33,539 nt of DNA from an uncultured Luteolibacter sp. (GTDB taxonomy: Bacteria > Verrucomicrobiota > Verrucomicrobiia > Verrucomicrobiales > Akkermansiaceae). Positions 24,109 through 33,539 of the stretch are shown here, piece after piece (positions within the stretch are counted from its first letter, which is position 1; the number at the start of each line of letters is the position of its first letter). Under the pieces are notes generated by a model. The model searched no databases, was not told the origin of the DNA, and saw only the letters and a program-made list of their open reading frames with translations. The stretch is taken from contig CAYQRP010000001.1 in the NCBI GenBank assembly GCA_964419815.1, positions 7,141 through 40,679 on the forward strand, written 5' to 3'. A program made the translations under genes and the position numbers.

Positions 24109-26250
24109 ATGCCACTCGCCCCACGCATCCTCCATGAAGAACGCATCCCTAGCAACGGGGTGCTGGTGGTGCCGGGACGAATTGATTTCAACCAACTGAT
24201 TGAGATCGAAAAAGTTTTTTCCAAACGCCGCGTCACATGGCTGATCGAGGAATCAGCCCATCACGATTCCGCGATTCGCGCGCACCTGGAAAAATCCGAT
24301 TCGGGTGCCATGTTCAGCATCACCGATGCCGCACCGCAGGCCGCAGGCAAAGAGCTCAAGAACTACCTCGATGGCGGCGGTGTCCTGATCCACGTCCCCG
24401 GCACAGCGAATACTCGCAATGCCAGCCCCTGCCACATCCCCTCGGCAGAACTGCGTGTGCTTTGCTCCTTTGGTCTCCCCATTCTTCCGATCGCAATCGA
24501 TCTTCCGCACGAATCAGCTCTATCGATCGAAAACAGCGATCAGCTACCGTCGGCTATCATCTCGATCGGGCAGGAAATTCCCGCCGCCTCGGTGAGCATC
24601 GCAACTTATCGACAAGCCCTTCTTTCCGCCCACGAAGAAGCGTTTTCACAACACACACTGCTCGACCAATCCTTGGCGATGACCTTGCTCGAGGGTTTGA
24701 AAAAACACGGCAAGGTCGGCCGCATCGTCGATGGTGCCGACGACTCGGAGCTCGCCTACGACAAGATCCTCGCCGCCTCACTGGCACTCTCGCGCCACAT
24801 CCGCGAAGAAACCGACCAACCACGCGTCGCCATCGTGCTCCCTCCGGGAAAGGCCGGACTCATCGCCAACCTTGCGGTCATTTTCGCAGGAAAAATTCCG
24901 GTCAATTTCAACTTCACCGCCGGACCTGATGCCGTGCGCTCGGCGATTCGCCAGTCGGGCGTCGACCGCTTCATCACCGCCGATCCCTTCGTCCGCCGCG
25001 TGCCCACATTCCCATGGCCACCGAATCGCGACCTGATCTTCATCGAGCGCGCAATGCCGAGCCTAAAGAAAAAAATCATTCTCTGGGCCATCGTATCAAA
25101 AATTCTGCCCGCATCCTTGATCGGGAAATTCCTCAAACTCAACACCCGCAGCGGCGATGATGAAGCCGTCCTGCTCTTCACCTCAGGTTCCTCAGGCGAG
25201 CCGAAAGGCGTTGCTCTCAGTCACCGCAATGTGTTGGCCAATGTCTCGCAATTTTCCTCACGTCTCGACCTGCCACCGCATTCATCGATGCTCGGTTGCC
25301 TTCCGCTTTTCCACTCATTCGGCTCAACCGTCACACTTTGGTTTCCAATCATCCAAGGCGTGAACCTCGTCACCTACCCCAGCCCGTTGGAAAGCAAGCG
25401 CCTCGCGGAACTCATCGCCATCCATCAGGTCGATGTCCTGCTCTCGACGCCGACCTTCATGCGCGGCTTCATGAAACGCGTCGACTCCGCGCAACTGGCA
25501 TCACTCAAGCTAGTCGTCACCGGCGCGGAAAAACTTCCGCTATCACTCGCCGAAGCCTTTTCTGAAAAATTCGGCATCTCGCCGCAGGAAGGATACGGGC
25601 TCACCGAAACCTCCCCGGCCACCAATGTGAACCTGCCCGACCCGGCTGACCGCGAAAATGCCGTCACACTTCCATCCTCACGCAACGGCACCGTGGGCCA
25701 ACTGCTTCCCGGCATCGCCATTCGGATCAGTGATCCGACAAGCGAAGAGCCTCTGACGATCGACCAACAGGGAATGATCTGGCTCAAGGGCGCGAACATC
25801 TTTCAAGGCTACTTGGGCAAACCGGAGAAATCTGCCGAGGTCCTGGTTGATGGCTGGTTCAAAACCGGCGATGTCGGCCGCGTCGATGATGACGGATTCC
25901 TCCACATCGAAGGACGCATTTCACGCTTCTCCAAAATCGGCGGTGAAATGGTCCCGCACGAAACCATCGAAGGCGCCATCAACATCGCCCTCGGACTTGA
26001 TGCCGAGTCCGAACGCCGCATCGCCGTCGTCGGCGTGCCCGATGCCCAAAAAGGCGAGGCGATCATCCTGCTTTCGGCACTTGGTAACGCGACCATCGAT
26101 TGCATCGACCTTCGCTACAAACTTCTCGAGCAAGGCATCCCCTCGCTCTGGTGTCCGAAAACCATCGTCCCCGTTGCGGAAATTCCCGTTCTCGCATCCG
26201 GCAAACTCGATATCAAACGTTGCGAAACCCTCGCCAAAAGCGCCCGATAG
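24109..26250 (+). CDS. Aas-like acyl-ACP synthetase (AMP-binding) with degenerate N-terminal acyltransferase-like region
   Basis: LFTSGSSGEPKG, LPLFHSFG, EGYGLTETSP, KTGD, RFSKIGGEMV, SGKLD. Confidence 0.85.
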   Translation: MPLAPRILHEERIPSNGVLVVPGRIDFNQLIEIEKVFSKRRVTWLIEESAHHDSAIRAHLEKSDSGAMFSITDAAPQAAGKELKNYLDGGGVLIHVPGTANTRNASPCHIPSAELRVLCSFGLPILPIAIDLPHESALSIENSDQLPSAIISIGQEIPAASVSIATYRQALLSAHEEAFSQHTLLDQSLAMTLLEGLKKHGKVGRIVDGADDSELAYDKILAASLALSRHIREETDQPRVAIVLPPGKAGLIANLAVIFAGKIPVNFNFTAGPDAVRSAIRQSGVDRFITADPFVRRVPTFPWPPNRDLIFIERAMPSLKKKIILWAIVSKILPASLIGKFLKLNTRSGDDEAVLLFTSGSSGEPKGVALSHRNVLANVSQFSSRLDLPPHSSMLGCLPLFHSFGSTVTLWFPIIQGVNLVTYPSPLESKRLAELIAIHQVDVLLSTPTFMRGFMKRVDSAQLASLKLVVTGAEKLPLSLAEAFSEKFGISPQEGYGLTETSPATNVNLPDPADRENAVTLPSSRNGTVGQLLPGIAIRISDPTSEEPLTIDQQGMIWLKGANIFQGYLGKPEKSAEVLVDGWFKTGDVGRVDDDGFLHIEGRISRFSKIGGEMVPHETIEGAINIALGLDAESERRIAVVGVPDAQKGEAIILLSALGNATIDCIDLRYKLLEQGIPSLWCPKTIVPVAEIPVLASGKLDIKRCETLAKSAR

Positions 26251-26269
26251 CCTACCCGCACCTTTCCCC

Positions 26270-27073
26270 ATGTCCGATCGCCTCGCCCAAACTTTCCGTT
26301 CCCTTCGCGAAAAAAACCAAAAAGCCTTCGTCGCCTACATCGCCGCCGGCGATCCGAATTTCGACTCATCGCTGGAAATCATGAAGTCGCTCGCCAACTC
26401 CGGCACCGACATCATCGAACTCGGTCTCCCGTTCTCCGATCCGCTCGCCGATGGCATCGTCAATCAAATGGCCGCCGAGCGCGCGCTAAAATCAGGCATG
26501 ACCACCGCCCGCGTGCTCGACCTCGTTCGCGAATTCCGCAAATCGCACGAAACGCCGATCGTTCTCTTCACCTACCTCAATCCGGTCTTCACTTACGGAT
26601 TCGATGCCTTCCATCACGATGCCGCCGCTGCCGGTGCCGATGGCATCCTGCTGCTCGACCTACCGCCCGACGAAGCCGCACGCAACAAGGATCTAAGCGG
26701 CGACAGCGGACTCGACACCATCCGCCTCATCGCCCCGACCACCCCACCAGATCGTGTGGCGAGCCTCGCCCGATCTGCCCAAGGCTTCATCTACGCGCTC
26801 TCGCGCACCGGCGTCACCGGCGCGCACGGCGGACCCTCCGCAAACATCGCATCCATGGTGGCCGCGATCAAAAATCACACCGATGTGCCGGTCTGCGTCG
26901 GCTTCGGCATCAGCACACCCGATCAAGCGGCCATGGTGGCATCGGCCGCCGATGGCGTGATCGTTGGGTCGGCCATCGTGAAACAGGTCGAGCTCCACGC
27001 CGAGGATCCAGTCCGCGCCGTGACGGATTTTGCCAAGCCGCTCATCGATGCGGTAAAATCGGTTGGTGCCTGA
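26270..27073 (+). CDS. trpA: Tryptophan synthase alpha chain
   Basis: YIAAGDP, IELGLPFSDPLADG, SRTGVTG, VGFGIS, DGVIVGSAIV. True start ATG 26270. Confidence 0.97.
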   Translation: MSDRLAQTFRSLREKNQKAFVAYIAAGDPNFDSSLEIMKSLANSGTDIIELGLPFSDPLADGIVNQMAAERALKSGMTTARVLDLVREFRKSHETPIVLFTYLNPVFTYGFDAFHHDAAAAGADGILLLDLPPDEAARNKDLSGDSGLDTIRLIAPTTPPDRVASLARSAQGFIYALSRTGVTGAHGGPSANIASMVAAIKNHTDVPVCVGFGISTPDQAAMVASAADGVIVGSAIVKQVELHAEDPVRAVTDFAKPLIDAVKSVGA

Positions 27074-27076
27074 GCC

Positions 27077-28822
27077 TCAACGCTTGGCTTTTGGCTTTTT
27101 CAAAAACGCCTCGATTTCAGCCGTTTTTCGTGTGTTGAACACATCGGCTTTTCCGAGCCACCCCTTGCGTGCGATGCGTACGCCCAAACCAAGATAGTGC
27201 AAACCTTCCCTTGAGTGGGCGTCGGGGTTGATCGAACAAAGCACGCCTTTGTCTTTCGCGCGCTTCCACCATCGCCAGTCCATGTCGAGACGCTGTGGGT
27301 TGCAGTTGAGCTCGATGATGGTCCGCGTCTCTGCGGCGCAGTCGATGACCATCGCATGATCGACGGCATAGGCTTCGCGCTTGAGCAAGAGACGACCCGT
27401 CAGATGACCCAGCATTGTGACATGCGGATTTTCCATCGCCCGGCAAATGCGTCGCGTCATTTCCTTCTCAGGCAATTGAAACGAGGTGTGCACCGACGCG
27501 ACGCAGTAATCGAGTGACGCCAGCACATCGTCATCAAAATCCAAAGATCCGTCCTTGAGGATATCGACTTCAGTCCCCGCAAAGATCCGGAAGTGGGAAT
27601 AGCCTCGATTGAGTTTGCGGATCTCGGCCACCTGCGCCGCAAGACGATCCTCATCCAGTCCGTTGGCTACCGCCATCGACTTCGAGTGATCCGCGATGCC
27701 AAGGTATTCGAGACCCAACTCCATCGCCTCCTCGGCCATTTCCTCCAGCGAATGATGACCATCCGACTCGGTAGTGTGGTTGTGGAAGGTTCCGCGAAGG
27801 TTTTCCAGTTCGATCAAGCGCGGCAACTTGTTCTCGCCCGCCGCTTCGATTTCCCCGCGGTTTTCGCGCAATTCGGGTTCAATGAATGAAAGCCCCAGCA
27901 CCTTGTAAATTTCGCGTTCATCATGGATCTCATCCGGCACCTCCGTGCTGCGTGCCGAGCCTTCCACCGCCGTGAATCCATATTCGTTGAGCGAAAGCCC
28001 TTTCTTCAAAGCGATTCCACGCAACGCGACATTGTGTTCCTTCGATCCGCTGAAGTACTGCAGCGCAAACGGAAACTGCTTGTTCGACACCGCACGCAGA
28101 TCGCACTGAATCCCATTTTTCAAACGCACCGAAGCCTTGGTCTCACCACATGCGATCACCGATTCAACTTCAGGCAGAGTGGTGAAATCCTCGCACACCA
28201 ACTTCGGTTCCTTGGTCGCGACCAAAAAATCCAGATCGTGCACCACTTCCTTCGCACGACGATACGAACCCGCCACCGCCACCAGCGAAATTTCCGGATG
28301 CATCCGCAAAGTGGCGAGGATTTCGGAAACCAAGGGTGTGACCGATCCCAACAAAAACGAATCGGCAAATTTTTCCTTCAGAGCAATCGCCTCCAAAATC
28401 GCCGCCTGGGTCTTGGCGCCAAAGCCCGGCAATCCCGCAACTTTGCCCGCCTCGCACGCAGCCTTGAGATCGGCCACTCCACCCACGCCAAGCTCTCGAT
28501 GCAAGGCCTTCACTTTCTTCGGCCCCAATCCCTGAAGATCGAACAAACCCAGCAAGCCTTCAGGAAATTCAGCACGCAAATTCTGATGAAACTTCAACGC
28601 GCCGGTCGACGCCAGTTCATGCAACTTGTCACGCAGCGCATCACCAATGCCCTTGATGCCCTCAAGCTGATTGTTTGCCGCCAGTTGGACAATGTCGCCA
28701 TCATGCGAAAGCACCGCTTCCGCACCATGCCGGTAGGCACGAACCTTGAATGGATTCTCATCCTTGAGCTCAAGCAGAAGAGCGATCTCCTCCAGCACGG
28801 CAGCCATTTCCTCACGAGTCAT
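27077..28822 (-). CDS. polX: DNA polymerase X with PHP 3'-5' exonuclease domain
   Basis: ENPFKVRAY, HhH motifs, GSYRR, HDLDFL (DxD intact), CDLR, YFSGSKEHN. PHP motifs HNHT, DHS, GH, DAH. Start ATG 28822. Confidence 0.95.
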   Translation of the reverse strand: MTREEMAAVLEEIALLLELKDENPFKVRAYRHGAEAVLSHDGDIVQLAANNQLEGIKGIGDALRDKLHELASTGALKFHQNLRAEFPEGLLGLFDLQGLGPKKVKALHRELGVGGVADLKAACEAGKVAGLPGFGAKTQAAILEAIALKEKFADSFLLGSVTPLVSEILATLRMHPEISLVAVAGSYRRAKEVVHDLDFLVATKEPKLVCEDFTTLPEVESVIACGETKASVRLKNGIQCDLRAVSNKQFPFALQYFSGSKEHNVALRGIALKKGLSLNEYGFTAVEGSARSTEVPDEIHDEREIYKVLGLSFIEPELRENRGEIEAAGENKLPRLIELENLRGTFHNHTTESDGHHSLEEMAEEAMELGLEYLGIADHSKSMAVANGLDEDRLAAQVAEIRKLNRGYSHFRIFAGTEVDILKDGSLDFDDDVLASLDYCVASVHTSFQLPEKEMTRRICRAMENPHVTMLGHLTGRLLLKREAYAVDHAMVIDCAAETRTIIELNCNPQRLDMDWRWWKRAKDKGVLCSINPDAHSREGLHYLGLGVRIARKGWLGKADVFNTRKTAEIEAFLKKPKAKR

Positions 28823-28896
28823 GCACGCAATCTCAACCTCATGCGAAATCGGGTCAAGTCCGCTGCAGAATGACTCATGCCGAATTTGATGGCGGA

Positions 28897-31427
<2,531 letters not shown>

Positions 31428-31431
<4 letters not shown>

Positions 31432-32555
31432 GGGTCGCCTGGGTTGTTGATATCGGAAGAAGCCTCGGATTTGCCGTTTGTAAAATGATTATCAGGGGAT
31501 TCGAGAAATTGCAAACGAGAGCGTACGATTTCCGCGCGGATGGTATCACGCTCTTCGGGGGGGAGCTTCCTGCCCGAATGCAGCTGCAAATGCGCGGGCT
31601 GGATGTCCATCAGCAACGAATCGCACAAAATCACGGTTTCCGCAGGAAAAAATCCAATCGTCGCGCCAAGACGCAGCAGCGAGAGATGGTTCAGCGCCTC
31701 CTTGGAATCGATGAGATGCGCGTAACGCAGTACCCCATAGGCACGGCCGATCTTATCGGCGACCATGTCGGGGTCATCTTCCAGCAGTTTTTCACGGGCA
31801 TTCTGCTCGTGGGTCGCCACCTGCGAAATCACGCGTTCAAGGCGGCGGATGATGGTTTCCTCCGATTCGCCCAGTGTCGATTGATTCGAAATCTGATAAA
31901 GATTGCCGAGCGATTCCGTGCCCTCGCCGTAGAGCCCGCGCACGGCCAATCCGATCTTGTTTACAGCCTGCAAGACCTGACCGATCTGATCGCTGAGCAC
32001 GAGCGCTGGAAGATGCAACATCGACGACGCACGCAAACCGGTGCCGAGGTTGGTCGGACACGCGGTGAGGTACCCGAGCTTCGGATCGAAGGCAAATTCC
32101 AGCGATTGCTCGAGCTGACTGTCGAGTTCGGATAGTGCCTCAAATGCCGAGCCAAGCTGCAGCCCCGGGCGAATCGCCTGCATGCGCAGGTGATCCTCCT
32201 CGTTGATCATGAAACTGAAGGTCTGGCGGCGCTCGATCACCGCACCCGAGCCATCGGCCCGCGCAGCGTGCTCGCGCGAAATGAGATGACGCTCAACCAG
32301 CACTTGTTTCTGCACCGAATTGAGTCCGGAAAGCTCCTGCGAAAACGCATCCTTCATCGCCGAGAGTCCTTCGACCGCCGGTTTCATTTCCTCCAAAGCC
32401 GCAGCACGCTGATCGCGCTTCGCCCACCCGGGAAAGGGATGACGACGCAAATTGCGCGCCAAACGAATTCGCGATGTGATCACCGCGCCATGCTGCCCCT
32501 TGCCGCCGGTCATCCAGTCAGCCGGATGCTTCACCAATGTTGAAAAGCGCATCAT
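31428..32555 (-). CDS. mcsB: Protein arginine kinase McsB
   Basis: TSRIRLARN, LVERHLIS, NEEDHLR, LTACPTNLGTGLRAS, RGLYGEG, YQISNQ. ATGA overlaps with mcsA and clpC. Confidence 0.95.
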
Positions 32556-33064
32556 GACACCAAATTTTCGTTGAGCTGACGGATCTCATCACGGATCCCA
32601 GCGGCTTCTTCGTAGCTTTCGGCGGCGACGGCCTGATCCAACCTCGCACGCAGTTCCTCAAGACGCTGACGCAGCACCTGACGCTCCATCAGCCCGGCCG
32701 GCACCTTGCCGTGATGACTCGAGCCCTTGTGCATGCCGCGGATCATCGGCGCAAGCTCCTCACGAAATGTCGCGTAACACTCGCTGCACCCGAGTCGGCG
32801 CACGCGACGCAAATCCTCCAGCGTGAATCCGCATGCAGGGCAGGTCCCATTGCCATGTGGCATCGGAATCGCCGTGCCGGCAGCGATCACCTTGCCCTCA
32901 CCCACCGCTCCGCCCATGAGCAAGTCCGCCAATGAAAAACCCGTGGGATCGGTCACGCCTCGTTCCTTCGCGCATGCGTCGCAGAGACAAACCTTTTTCA
33001 TCTGACCCTCCACCAGTTGGGTCAGAAAGACGGTGGCCTTGCTGTCGCAGAAGTCACATTTCAT
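32552..33064 (-). CDS. mcsA: McsA (Cys-rich activator with UVR motif)
   Basis: CDFC, LCDAC, CPAC, GCSEC motifs, H.GKVP, and UVR motif AVAAESYEEAAGIRDEI. Confidence 0.93.
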   Translation of the reverse strand: MKCDFCDSKATVFLTQLVEGQMKKVCLCDACAKERGVTDPTGFSLADLLMGGAVGEGKVIAAGTAIPMPHGNGTCPACGFTLEDLRRVRRLGCSECYATFREELAPMIRGMHKGSSHHGKVPAGLMERQVLRQRLEELRARLDQAVAAESYEEAAGIRDEIRQLNENLVS

Positions 33065-33114
33065 CGGGTCATTCTCGAAGGGCGATGCACGGCATGAAAG
33101 GGAAAATTTTCAAA

Positions 33115-33539
33115 TCAGGAAATCGGCGTGCCGGTCGTGGTCGCAAGTTCCTGGAAACCGGCAAGAAAACGCTTGGTCCACTCGCCGGGCTTGCCGGTAC
33201 CGATCAGGCGTCGGTCGAGGGCGACCACCGGAATCACCTCCGCCGCCGTGCCAGTGAGGAAACACTCGTCAGCCGTGAAGACATCGTAACGAGTGATCGA
33301 ACGCTCGATCACCGGAATGCCAAGTTTCTCGGCGATCTCAAAGATCACCGCACGCGTGATGCCGTCCAGCGCGCCGTCGCTGATCAATGGCGTGTAAAGT
33401 TTGCCGTTTTTCACGAGGAACAGATTGTCGCCCGTGCACTCGGCGACATAACCCTGCTCGTTGAGCATGATCGCCTCCAGCGCGTTGGCCTGGATCGCCT
33501 CGACCTTGGCCATGATGTTGTTGAGGTAGTTGAGCGACT
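33115..33539 (-). CDS. ilvE: Branched-chain amino acid aminotransferase (class IV), 5' truncated by the window edge
   Basis: Frame is open to the window end: SLNYLNNIMAK, ECTGDNLF, LDGITR, ADECFLTGTAAEV. Confidence 0.92.
   Translation of the reverse strand, partial: SLNYLNNIMAKVEAIQANALEAIMLNEQGYVAECTGDNLFLVKNGKLYTPLISDGALDGITRAVIFEIAEKLGIPVIERSITRYDVFTADECFLTGTAAEVIPVVALDRRLIGTGKPGEWTKRFLAGFQELATTTGTPIS

Noticed and set aside
25847-26269. 141-aa N-terminal extension of trpA in the ORF track (possible fusion or frameshift with the aas-like gene)
   Set aside because: It is an off-frame read-through of the upstream gene. That gene ends normally after SGKLD, and TrpA homology begins at ATG 26270.
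27077-28822. Possible catalytically dead PolX variant
   Set aside because: The DxD (HDLD), third Asp (CDLR) and PHP metal ligands appear intact, so it looks canonical.

Overview
A gene-dense, GC-rich bacterial chromosomal segment with about 31 CDSs. I found no phage, IS, CRISPR, rRNA or tRNA signal. Gene content suggests a PVC-superphylum organism, probably Verrucomicrobiota (inference): mcsA-mcsB-clpC, cdaA, single-chain PurL, PPi-type PFK, a W-x-x-x-D-P helical-repeat protein, and SD-less starts. Most genes are housekeeping: trpS, adk, fmt, rluA-family, pfk, purL, aroB, trpA, polX, clpC and a partial ilvE. The strongest leads are four. (1) A 49-aa ORF missing from the ORF track (22749-22898) overlaps the 3' end of the diadenylate cyclase cdaA and looks like a transmembrane-only 'mini-CdaR'. 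(2) A stand-alone 212-aa basic protein has two tandem HTH-like repeats, a histone-H1-like Lys/Ala/Pro linker and a C-terminal coiled coil, sits behind a strikingly AT-rich tract, and is a candidate undescribed nucleoid-associated protein. (3) A coupled pair consists of an active PDZ-less S1C protease and a catalytically dead paralogue with a PDZ domain inserted inside the protease fold. (4) An orphan ketosynthase is coupled to a signal-less YkuD-domain protein. All assignments come from reading motifs by eye; no database searches were run.
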